DNA of 64,000 nucleotides, taken from positions 1,674,001 through 1,738,000 of the forward strand of contig RSEE01000001.1 of the NCBI GenBank assembly GCA_003971905.1, given 5' to 3'. Positions 33,701 through 45,395 of the stretch are shown piece by piece. Position 1 is the first letter of the stretch. Every line of letters starts with the position of its first letter. A program made the position numbers and the translations under genes. The notes beneath the pieces were generated by a model. That model was not told the origin of the DNA. It saw only the letters and a list, made by a program, of their open reading frames with translations, and did not search any database. The stretch is from Moniliella sp. 'wahieum'. Lineage: Eukaryota.

Positions 33701-34281
33701 GTACATTGGATTGGTCTCTGCGTCTCAGGATCAATCGAACGGCACCTCCTATTGCCGTATTTACCGATAGCGATTGGGGCGGCGACAAGGTCACACGCAA
33801 GTCGGTAACAGGGGTCGCTGTGTTTGTTTTTGGCGCCCTAGTGCACTGGCGCAGCGCCCAGCAGACCACTACGGCAATGTCGACCGCTGAAGCTGAGATG
33901 ATGGCTATTAGAGAGGGCGCCCGCGACGCTCTCCGCATTCGTAACCTCATGGTCGAGCTTCAACTAGTACCTTCCAACTGTCCGGTGGATCTCTATAGCG
34001 ACTCGGCTGTTGCCCTGTCAATTATCTCTCGCCCTGGTTTCATTGGACGCCTTCGTCATATGGACATTCGCAACCATTGGTTCCGCGAGCATGTCGATTC
34101 GGGGCGCATTTTGTGGCACAAGGTTCTTGGAACCGAGAACCCCGCGAATGATTTTACCAAGCTCCTACCGTATACGGTTCAACGCTCCAGTGTAGGTCGC
34201 TACCTCACGCTCACGCCGGATCCTGGTGGGGCTGAGGAGACTTCCCGCATCAAGCCCATTTTCGGCTCAGATTCCTCCTAG
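30780..34281 (+). CDS. pol: Copia Pol: protease, integrase, reverse transcriptase, RNase H (indels about 32050 and 32390-32650)
   Basis: VVDSGAT (PR); HARHGH..CQAC, LHADL, VVVDD, TDGGTEF, QNGHAER (IN); KRKARIVVQG, LKKSLYGL, YCDD (RT); FTDSDWGGD, STAEAE, RHMDIRNHW.RE, NPANDFTK (RH). Confidence 0.95.
32263..32352 (+). repeat. 24-bp tandem repeat (about 3.7 copies) in the IN-RT linker; each unit contains a PPT-identical motif
   Basis: Unit ACACCTGGTGGGGCTGAAGTTTCC, translating as (TPGGAEVS)n. Confidence 0.92.
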
Positions 34282-34347
34282 CCAGCTGGCTCTTGATTTG
34301 TCACTCTTCCAATCTCGTCGGATCCTAGCGTCGAGTCGTGGTGGGGC

Positions 34348-34507
34348 TGTCAGCGCCATCATGCATGCAGCTGATCACGCATCACGCATCGCGCTGTTCT
34401 ATCCGACTCTCCTCTATGTTCTGCCCCTAACGGGCTCCTCTCTTGGAATAGATCCATCACCTCCCTCTGTCTTCTTCTTTCCGTAGGCCTTTGTCCTCGC
34501 ATTAACA
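34348..34507 (+). repeat. 3' LTR (160 bp)
   Basis: Direct repeat of the 5' LTR, preceded by G-rich TGGTGGGGC. Confidence 0.97.
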
Positions 34508-36878
34508 CCATGCCCTCTGCTCTTGCTTCTTGCCCACGAATGATTGCTACATCCCTTGACCTAGTCTCGACTGTGGTCTCCCTGTCCCTCACCCTAGCCC
34601 CGACTGTGATAGTAACCCATTAGGACGGTCGCACCTTCTCGGCCTTGGGCGGTCGCACCTAACCCTCATACAGGTCTCGACGTCTCAACTTTGGAAGGAC
34701 CCCCCACCTTCTAAAATTCGTTCAACGTTCCAGCTTCAAGCTTCAAGCTTGAAGCTTCCATTCTTTACAGCTTAGGCTTACCTTATCGACTTTTTCAACG
34801 TTCATTCAATGTTCAACGTTCAATCAACGTTCAAACTCCTATCCAACGAGCCCTACGGCCTAAGGACAAGACCTCCGACCTAAGACCTGGAAGCTCTGAG
34901 GATCTGAGGATGTGGATATCTACTCGTACTCAGCGCGGAGGCTCAGCGCGAGCGAGCTTCGGGGCCTCTGGGCCTCTGAGCCTCTTGAAGCTTTTGAAGA
35001 GCTTCCGGCTTTTGAAGAGCTTGAAGCTAGCGAAGCTTGAAGGCGTTGGCGCCTGCTGAGCGCTGAGCGCGCTGAGCGCTGCCATGCATGATATGTGACA
35101 CACTGGTGCAGAAGTGCCTAGTGCCCAAGCTTGAGTTTCAAGCCCCGTTGTTCCAAAGCCACGCTGCCACACTCTGCCACACGTCACATGTCACAATCTT
35201 GTGCGTCCATCGATTTGGCTGAGCGCTGCTCAGGCGCTGACGCACTGAGACGGGCGGGAAAGGTGTTTAGGTTGCTCTTACGGGGTACTAATAGTGGCTG
35301 CAAGCGAGAAACGGGCGTTCCTGTCCACTGTAAGCTTACTGACAACGTACGTACCGTCTTGTGTACGTACTCAAACTACGCCACGCGGACCACGTTCTCC
35401 ACATCACAAGTTCAAACGCTAAACTGTGTAACTGAGTGTTGGGGTTTGGGATCCTACCTCAAGGGTTGTCCAGGGGCCAGCAACCCATTGGGGGGAGCGT
35501 GCCCATTCCAACCTATCCCAACCTGTCCTATCCCAATCCTTCCTCCCGGCAAGGTGCAGCAGGGTGCAGGAAGGGTAATCAGTACGTACAATCAGTGACC
35601 ACTAAGCGCCTAAGCACTAACAAGCCTTGTATGGCAGAGAGGTGTGGCAGATGCAGCAGGGTGTCGCAGGGTGTAGCCCGCATTTAGCAGTATCCGGTTG
35701 CCCGGTGAGGCTGAGGCCTGTGGCTAGTAAGCCTGTAGGAACTGAGAACTAAAGTTATGCGTTACGCGTTACCGATCCGGTCCCCTGCCTCCCTGTGGTT
35801 CTCAGTATCGAATCGATAGTCGGAGCTGTTTGAAGCTTGAAGCTTGGTAGGATACGAAGTTGCTACCAGCACTTACTAATGATTTATGACGAACCTTGAC
35901 TAGCTGGTTGCTAGTTGTCGTTGCTAGCAGCGAAAAGTAGAGGGTTACCGGTTACTGGTTACGGTTACGGTTACTAGGTTACCGTTACTGATCACGTCGA
36001 TCATCGATCACGAAAACAATCATAGAAACCATCGCATCATTGCATCATCGACCACCAATCATACGTCGGACCGTCCCGTCTGGTCTGTCAGAAAGATCCA
36101 CAGAGACGGGTACCGATCGGAAGTTTCCATGCCCATCAGCCTCAGCCTCTTGGATCTCAGAATTCAGCCCCACTAGCCACTAGGCCCCACTCGGCCTAAT
36201 CCATAATCCTGTAACAGGTACCCTGGCTCGGGCCTTGGCTACCCTGTCCCAGCCAAGGGGTGGCGTAGTGTCGGGGTTCCACATTGCGGTGACCTGTGTT
36301 GCCCAATCATCCATCCTTGAAAAGCAACCACGCTTACGACACCTTGCCACGAGGACACCCTTGGCGGGCGATGCGGCTGGTGCGGCTGGTGTGGCTGGGC
36401 GGTGCGGCTGAGTGGGGAAAGGTGCAGCCGTCGAGGCCGGAAGCGGGATCGATCCTAGATCTGTGAAATCGGCGTCTAAAGATCTGAGGATCTGAGATGT
36501 GATGCACATGCATGGTGCAGATGCCCGATATACACGGCAGAGTGTATAGCCGTTAGCCGTTCCGGAGCTGCGCCAGTAGCCGCCGGCTGGTTGCGACAGC
36601 CACTTGCCGGGTGGAGAGCTGGGATAGGATGCGACCAGTATGGCTTCTTGGTCCTAGTAATCTCCCTCGGGCCGCCTAAACCCGAGGGGCTGTGCTGCTT
36701 TATGCTTGTGCTTAGTTGTGCTTTGCATTGCATTGCTTTATCGCGTTGCTTTGCACTTTGTAACTGCTCATACGTTTCCTCCTACTGCATCCCCGCTTAC
36801 CACCATCACCATCCGTCACCTAGTCACGCTGGTCACTCCAACCAATCCCCCCCTCGCCCGCCGTCCTCGACAAGCTTC

Positions 36879-39800
36879 ATGTCCGACGCCGTCTCCTCCC
36901 TCCTCTTCGCGCCCGAGGACTTCAGCTCTCCCTCCGCGCCCCCCCTGCCCCCCGCCCCGCCCACAACCGCGCCCGCAGCCATGCCAGCCCTGCTCCTCCT
37001 CCCCGCCCCTCCCCCGTCTTCCCCTCCCCGCGCCTCCTGACAGGCCCCCATCTTCCCCGCGTTCCTCCGCCACCAGCCGCCCAGCGCCGCTCGCTTCTCC
37101 CCCCACCCCGCCAACCACAGCCAGCAGCCCCATCGCCCGCAGCACCCGCAACGCCAATCGAAGAACTCGCCGCCTTCCCCTCCCTCCCGTCCCCGTCCCC
37201 GTCCCCGTCCCTGTCCCCGTCCCCGTCCGCATCCCCGTCTCCGTCCCCGTCCGACTCGCCCTCACCGGACCCGGTAGTGGCCGTAGTGCGCAAGGGGGAT
37301 CGACTGGCCCCGCCCCACTCCCCCCCACTGTCCACATCGGCTTCAACCGTATCCATTTCGCCCGCCTCGCTCACCAGCGTCGGTCCAGCGGCGCCGGTCA
37401 CGACGACGGCACAAACATCGCCGGTTGCCTCGCCTGCCTCGTCGGCGCCTGCGCCTTCACTGCCCCCCTGGTCGGACCACGAGGCGCGCACCCGCGCCCT
37501 GCGCATTGCCGGGTGGATTGGTACCTCTGTGCCGCAGGCGATGAAGCGGGTGATGCCTGCCCAGTCGCTTGCTGCTGAATTGGACGCTGATTCAGATGAA
37601 GAGCGGAGGGAGGAGATAGAGAGGGAGAGCCGAATGAGTCATCTGCCTCCTCCTCCTCTCACTCTTTCTCTTCGGACAGAAGAGATCCCAGTCCGCGTGT
37701 CCTCTCCCGCCCTGACGCCCCGCCCTGGCTTTTGGCCCAGCCCGACCCCCCAGCCACAGCCCCTGGGGAGGCCAAGGAAGTGATGGCTTCCTCTTTGCTC
37801 GAGCGCCCTGCCGCCGGTCAACCGTCTTTTCCCAACGAGCCGGTGAAGACCAGCCTCGCGCCTCTGGTGGGAGACGAGCCACGGCAACGGAAAACGTCCA
37901 GTGTGTTGGTGACTGAGAGTGCGTTGGCAGCGTCACGATCTCCCAAGACATTGGCATCAGCTTCAGTCCCATCCTCCGTCTCGGCTTCTGCCATCTCGTC
38001 CAGCTCGCTCCATTCCCCTTCCGCAAAATTCTATGCTCGTGCCCTGGCGGGAATAGACTACCTTTTGACCACGGACCCAGCGCGGTTGGGTGCGCTGGAA
38101 ACTCGTTTGACCAGCCCCTGGCCTCGCTCCGTTCCCCTCGCCCGGACGTCGATGCCGTCTCAGCGGCTGCCGCTCCAAGGTCCGTGTCTGGGTCTGGTTT
38201 ATCCGAGTCGACTTCGGCGCTTGATGCGCCGTCGTCGTTGGGGTTGGTCCCAACACCCTCTGCGGTCGAAGAAGGTGCCGGGAGTACTGTGTGCCCACCA
38301 CTCAACTGGTGAACCCTCAGACGAATCCGTCAGCACGGCCACCGACCCTGGTTCTTTGAGATCTTCCACCTCAGCCGGTTCGTTATCGTTGCCATCCAGT
38401 CGATCTGCCCGTCGACGCCGCAGGGCTGGCACCGCATCCTCGCCCCGTCCCAACCGATCGTTCCCTGCGCCTACGTTTATCCTGGCTGGGGGGTCGAGGG
38501 GATCGGAAAGGATGATGTGGAAGCCAAAGTGCGTGGGGTGCCACTGCCTACTGGTAGTGATACCGTCCGCGCCCTACGAGGCTCCAGGTCCCTACATATC
38601 GTGTCGTCTTCGAGCCAGAAGGATCGGGAGCGGACTAGTGGGTGGCCTCATGGGGATGGCCCGGCAGATACGCTGGCATCATCCATGTCCCCCTCCCCGT
38701 CTACTGGGCGCGGTCGTTCGTCGCTTGGTTCGGACGCGGCGAGTAGCACGAAACTACTTCCTGTCCCGACTCTTGTGTCTGCCAAGGCAGGCAAGAAATT
38801 ACGAGGTCTGTTTGCTCCTCATCGTCGCCCCACCGCACCCGGACCCGGACTCGCCTCACCCACCTCCCCACGCGATGGCGGCCCAACACATGCTCATGCT
38901 CATGCCCATGCACCTGTCCCACCGACCCGGTCTGCACTGAACACTCATGTCCCCCCACCACCTTTCCACACACAGGAGGACCAGCGGGACCTGAGCAGAA
39001 CAAGTATTCTGACCACAATGGCTGCCACCCCACCTCTCGGCTCGGACGAATCGTCAACCTCCCGCCCCACTCACTCTCTCGCCACCCCACGTTCTCCTTA
39101 CGCCCCCACCCTTCCTCTCCCTCTGCCTTTCCCTCTCGCGCCCCCGTACCCCACCTCGATACACACAGGAGACGATACGCTCCCCGCCGTCCCGGGTCCC
39201 GACGGATTACTTGGCTCGCCCACGCGCGCTCAGCGTACCTCTTTCCTCGCGAGCGGGAAAGAGCGGAGCGTGGGGTCGGTCGCTGCGCGCAGTATGGCCG
39301 GTAAGGATGGTGAAGGTGCAAGTGCAGGGTCCGGGACAGCAAGTGGGAAGGTGTTGGATGCCAGTGCGCTGTTCAAGTGGTTAGGCGAGGTGGTGGAAGC
39401 GGCGGTGGTCGAGGACCGAGCGATGGATGGGGACGAACATGATTGGCTGGTACGGGAAACGCAGCAGGTCCGTGTGGCTGCAGTGCAAGTGTTAGGTCAA
39501 CTTGGCGTGCCCATGTGGAGCGGGAAGCGAAAGAGCGCGTTGCGGGCTTGTCTGCTTCTACGCGCCGAGGGGCTTGAAGGTCGATGCGAGGCGGCGTCGG
39601 TCACCCGCTCAGGTCTCCGTGTGTGGCAGGAAGGGAGACAGGAGAGGATGAAGGGTGGGCTTGTTAGTTGGGTTTGCTGGGGTCAACGAGAATGTGCTGG
39701 TGTGAAAGGAGCTATTAGTTGCTCCGGACGATCGGTACCCCCCTCCCACCTCTCCCACTGCTTCCTCTGGCGTCTCTGGTCCATTGGCTGTCTTCCATAT

Positions 39801-40010
39801 GCTGGTTGCAGTTTGCACTGTTTTCTCGGCTAATCTAGTAGCCTCGTTATCTATTCGTTAGTACTATCCCTGGTCAGCTTCTGCTGCATCATTGACATAA
39901 CGGCCTGTCGAACACAACAGACTTCGCGCCGCTCTACTTGCTTCTACCATGAACAGGTTGAACTCTAGACAGGCTCGATCTGCTGGAAATCCACAGGTGG
40001 CAACCAATTA
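36879..40010 (+). CDS. Large Pro/Ser-rich hypothetical protein; indels; 3' exons uncertain
   Basis: A chain of overlapping + strand ORFs from MSDAVSSLLFAPEDF. Helical-looking blocks (RTRALRIAGWIG; ALFKWLGEVVE...RACLLLRAEGLE). No family recognised. Confidence 0.5.
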
Positions 40011-40461
40011 ACAACCGTATAGTATACCAGTACTAGACCTATCCACTGATGACTGATCCTAGCGGTCACCCGCAATAGCCCAAACGACAGAGAACTGAGA
40101 ACACACCCGCACATGGGCAGGGGGGGCGGGCTGCCTTATACATCACCTATATCCTATCAGGCCCCCCGCCCCCATGAGGCGAGCGACAGCGACAAAGTAA
40201 AAGTTGCACGTTTCCCATCCGTATTCTACTACTAGTCCTACACGTTCAACGTACGCCGTCCGTCGGAATGGTCAGTACTGCGGACGGCGTACTGAGCACA
40301 CGCAAGACTGAAAACTGAGAATTGAGCTCACGGAAGACTGAGAACTGAGAACTGAGGATTGAGCTCACGGAGGACTGAGGACTGAGGCGACTCCCAAGCT
40401 TCAAGCTTCAAGCTTCAAGACGAAAACTGTGCCACGATGCCACAATGGAATGGAAATGGAC

Positions 40462-40519
40462 TGGGATGGGATGGGATGGGATGGGATGGGATGGGATGGG
40501 ATGGGATGGGATGGGATGG
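40462..40519. repeat. (GGGAT)n microsatellite
   Basis: Perfect pentamer run. Confidence 0.92.
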
Positions 40520-41118
40520 AATACAAAAACGGTATCCACAGGTACAAGCGCCAATTGAATCAAGCGCGCCTAGTCGGAACAGAGCCCCAGATGTGAAGGG
40601 ACGAGAGGGGACGAGAGGGGACGAGACGAGGGAAAGGGAGGGAACAGAGGGAGGGAGGGGGAGGGAGGAGGGAACCGCGGGAGATCAACTACAGGAACCA
40701 AAAAGGAAAGGATGAGGCGAGATGGCGAGAATGGCGAGATGAGCCGACGGTGGGAACAGCCGAAGAAGAAGGAAGGAAAGAAAGAAGGGGGATGTAGGTG
40801 GGTAGGCGCGGCTAAGCGTGGCGAGGGCACACGAGCCGTGGTGCCATGGGCGAGGGGAAATGTATTGGGTAGGTGGTAGGTAGAGAGCAAGGCAAGGCGA
40901 GGGGAAAAGGTAGCAAGGCAGGGGAAGAGGGAGGGAAGGAAGGATCGACAATAACAGCAGTAACAACATACCCACCAACCGAGGGGTAAGTTTACACCTC
41001 CCTTCCCCCCTCCATTCGGGTCGCAGGCGTGCCTGTTTACCCTTCCCTATGCTCATGTCCATGCCCATGCTCACAGCTCCCTCCCTCGAACCGACTGGAG
41101 GTGCCTTGTGACCTGAGT

Positions 41119-44100
41119 TCAAGTCAACGGACTGGGAGCGGGAGGGATCTGGTGGAGCGAATGGCCCGATTGGCGTAACCGCGCGACGAGCGCCTGGACA
41201 CCGACCATGGCACCTTCCGAAGACGAACCGTGTGCATGTGCATGTGCATGGGCATGGGGGGCGCATGTGCATGTGAGTGTGAATGTGGGTGCGTGGGTGG
41301 GTGGTCCAAGTGACCCAAGTGACCCAACACCGAGCCAGCATGCGCATCCAACTCGGCCTGCGACCCGAGCGCAGCCAAGATGGCCATCTCGTCCCCTTTC
41401 GCTCCGAGATGAGAAAGTACCTCGGCTTGTTGCGCCTCCATGTCCATCTCCTCATCGTCCTCCATGGACATGTCCATCTCCTCGTCGTCCTCCATATCTT
41501 GCTCGACATCCTCGTCCACCGCACGCGCTTTGCCTTTACCCTTGCCTTTGCCCTTGGCCTTGGCCTTGGTACTTTCCTTGCCGTTCTCCCTTGCCCCGCG
41601 CGGCGTTGGCGTACTCGTGCTTCTGGGACCAGAGTTGGTCGCGCCAGCCGAAGCCGAAGCCAAACCCGAACCCGAAGCCGAAAGCGGGGCGGGGTTGCGT
41701 TGGGCCAAGTGCGCATCCATCTTATCCATCACTTGGTCAAACGTATCGAGGTGCGCGCCGGGAAGACCCGGGGCAGCGCGTTCGCCCGTCCTAGGATCGT
41801 CGCCCGGTACATAGGCTAGACCGAAGACAGAACAAGAACAAGAGCGTCAGTTTTCCGTTTCTCTAGCACACAGCATGACGCGGAACAAGGGGGACAAGGA
41901 GAAAAGAAAATAGGATCGGGGGTAGGGTGGAATGGAATGGGACGGAATGGAATGGGACGGAATGGAATGGGACGGAATGGAATGGAATGGAATGGAATGG
42001 AATGGAATGGGATGGGATGGGATGGGGGGATGGACTTACCTCCTCTAGCTCGACGTTCCTCCACAATGGAATTGTACTGTTGCTCATTCAAACCCAGTTG
42101 CTCCACCGCAAATCGGAGAAAAGCATCAATCTCCGAATCGGGAATCGCATCCGGATCCAGATCCGCATCCGCATCCGGGTCGTCCAACCCGTCGACGACG
42201 AGGGCGCAGCAGACACCCAAGCTGACTCGGAAGCAGAAGCAGAAGCAGAAGCAGAAGCAGAAGCAGAAGCAGAAGCAGAAGTAGAAGTAGACAGAACCGG
42301 CAGCAGAGGCAGAGGCGGGATGTACCTTCGACCCTGCCAAACCGGCAAGATCAACACCCACATCTTCGTCCGAGTCTACATCTTCCGCTCCGTCGTACGG
42401 CTGGGGCGGGCGTAAGGAAGCGCGCAACGCTTTAACTTGGTCCGTTTGCCAGCGTTCCGACCGTTCCAGTCCTCGGTCCAGGTGCTGGTCCAGGGCGCGG
42501 TCTTGCGTCCCGCGCGGACGGTTGAGGAACCCGCGAGCCAAAGTCAGCGGTGCATTGACCTTGGTCGGAGCCGGGTTGGGACGAGTCTTCTTAGCTGGTC
42601 GCGCCTGTAGTTGTAATTGTGGTTGTGGTTGTGGTTGTAGTTGTGGTCGTGGTTCGTCCTTGGCTTGCCCTGGGCTGGTCGGGGCAGTGGATCCGGCCGA
42701 CACCGAAACCGAACCTGGAACCGAACTCGAACCCAGACCCGACCCAGACCCGAAGCTGAACCCAGACCCGAAGCTGAACCCGAACCTGTCGAAGAAGAAG
42801 TAGGAGGTGCAGTGGTAAATCCCGACGGTCGCCATGCTGTCGATGTGACTTGGTCTCCTTTCGACAAGCTCCCGACACTGCCACTACCACTGCCACTGGG
42901 GAAGAGCGAAGCCAGTTCGGCCGCGCCGAGCGGTTGAATAGGAATGTGGGTCAGGTTGGAGGCCGGGGTAGGCGCCGAGGTGGAGAGTAGTTGGGACGCC
43001 GGTGGGGTCGGAAGCTCAGCAGGTTGATGTTGTTGTTGTAGATGATGATGATGATGAGCAACAAGCATTTCTTCTTCTTCTTCCTCATTCTCATTCCCTT
43101 TCGCGTTCTCGTTCTCGTTCTCGTTCTGGGTCTGGATCAGCTCTTGCTCGGCATCTTGTTCCGCTGCGCCCCACTTACCCTCGAGAGGGGCAACGAGGTT
43201 CTTCTGAGCCTCGGCGCGGGCGGTTGGGTCCATAGCTCGGAGCTGCTCCAACGCAGCCTGACGCGCACGCAGGTCCAACGATCCTTTTCCTTTGGACTGG
43301 GGCGACGGAACGTGGCCCAAGGACGTGCCCAAGGACGTAGCGCCAAACGACGACCCCATCATCTCCGCATCGTCATCGTGCTCCGAATCTGAAAAGTCCT
43401 CTTCCTCCTCATCGTCCTCATCGTCCTCATCCTCATCCCCGTCCTCGTCCTCGTCGTCTTTAGCGTCATCATCAAACGTGGCGCCACGGTAATCGGCCGG
43501 ACGGTGGAGGAACTGGTCCATCTGGTGACCGAGATCAGTGAGCATCGCTTGAGCCTCTTGTTCCGCTTCGTGCGCATACTCCCGCTCTTGGTTCTGCTCA
43601 TCCTGCTGTGCGCGCTGGTGCTCGCGCTCGCGTTCCCAGGGAGGCGTACCAAACGGACACACGCGCGACGCTTCGAACCATCGTGTCGACGTCTCGTAGT
43701 CGCCCTGTTCGACCGGACGGAGCGAGGACAAATCGTAAGGTGACCCGGTCGTCGCTGTCTCCCCAACACGGTCTACCAACGGTGCAAAATCATCCAGCAC
43801 AGCCTCCCCTGCACCTGCACCTGCACCCTCCGCCTCGTCCATCACCGCTGCCCGAGCAATGGTCCGGTCCACCACGGCGGGAGAGGGAGAAACGTACCCC
43901 AAGGCCTCGAGGCCAGCACGGCATGCTGTCCTCTGCTCCTCGGTCGGGGGTAGCGCAGCAGGAGGAGGGGCAAGGTGAAGTGAACGGGACCGATTTCGCC
44001 TTTCGAGACTCGCCGCATAAGCCATTTCCATTCCAACGGTCAACTTGGTACCGAGGTCCATGCAGCGACCTACCTCGTAGTGCCGCTGAAGGAACATGTT

Positions 44101-45395
44101 CAAAGTGCGACACAAGCCCTTGGCTTGTTGGATGACGTGCCTACGGAGCCGATGGTAGGCCACCACGCCATCGACCCAGTCCTGCCCAAACGCCGGGGGA
44201 GGGACGTACATCTCATCGACCAAGGTGGCGTAGAGACGCTTGCTCATCCCGACGGGTACTAGGACCGCATGACCCTGGTCCAGATCCGCACGGGTCATGC
44301 CCTGTGGCAGTGGACGCGGCGTGGGCTGCCGCCCGACCTGGGGCTGGATCAGCTCGCAAACGCACGTGTCCAGCACGGGCGGGAGGTAGAGCGAGGTACC
44401 GTACCAAAGCGGGTCATGCGGTGGGCATGGCGTTGCTCGTGCCGGTCGCGGGCGAGAAAGACGTGGGCGGCAGTGGAGACGGTTTGCGGGTCAAACTGTA
44501 GCACCTTGGCCACCAAGGGCGAGACGAGGGCGAGGGTAACGTGCTGCGTCGACCGAGCAACGTGCAGCGCAGGTGGCAAGGGAAGCGATAACTGTGCATC
44601 CGCTGGGGTGGGGGGCAGCACGCGCGAAAACGCACTGGCCTCAACATCGGTTGGCGCACGGCTGTACTGCCGCCAAGCGGGACAGCGTACCATCGCACTA
44701 CCCACATCGGCGCGCAGAGGGGGAGGGTCCTGCTCCGCCTCGGCGCGGCGCGAGCCAGAGAGCGAGGGGGCGGTCTGGGGCGCAGACGGGTTGGAGGCCA
44801 AGTAGTCCAGCACGGTGCACACGGACGCATTGGGAGGCGGCTCGTCGTCCCAGTCGACATTGGGGGTGGCGGCGAGGCAGGCGGGGTCGACGCCGGCGGC
44901 AGCGGCCACGGCATAGACAAGCGTGGGGGAAACAAGGTGCAGATGGCTGTCGGCGATCCACACACGGCCGGGGGCCGAGTCGGGGGTGGCCCAGTGGAGC
45001 TCGGGATGGGCCTCGAGCGCATCCGCGGCATCGACCAGGAGAAACTCGCCGGCCTTGTCGTGGATCTGGGCGGCGGGGGAGAGGATGGTGGCGGCGGGGG
45101 TGGCGGTGAGGGTGTGGACGAGGAAGGCGAGCACATACTCGTCCTCGATTGCGCCGTCGGTGCGGGTGGCGATGCGCAGCTGGCCGGGGGCGTGGGGACG
45201 CAGGGGCTGGCGGGCGCGGACATGGGGCACCTGGCGCGTCCAGACGTAGGGCTGGGCGGGGCCGCGGGCGGGGTGGCGGCCGGCGAGGTTGAGGGCCCAG
45301 TGCTGGAGCGCCTCGAGCTGGGCAGCAAGCGCACGCAGCGCGTCGCCCTGGGCGGCGACGAAGATGCGTGCGCGCACGCCGTCGATGCGGTCCAT
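41119..45395 (-). CDS. SGT1/ecdysoneless (ECD) family protein; intron about 41817-42039; indels
   Basis: PYVW, IEDEYVLAFL, DKAGEFLLVDAADAL..WATP...GRVWI...LHLV, DLGTKLTVGMEM, EIDAFLRFA.EQLGL.EQQY..IVEERRARG|AYVP. Confidence 0.85.
41928..42027. repeat. Compound (GGAAT)/(GGGAC)/(GGGAT) intronic microsatellite
   Basis: Pentamer array inside the SGT1 intron. Confidence 0.9.

Larger units (their letters stand above)
29064..34507 (+). mobile_element. Full-length Ty1/copia LTR retrotransposon, very recent insertion
   Basis: TG...CA LTRs at 29064-29224 and 34348-34507, identical except for one T indel. 5-bp TSD CCATG (29059-63 / 34508-12). PBS at 29225, PPT before the 3' LTR, and domain order Gag-PR-IN-RT-RH. 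Confidence 0.97.
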
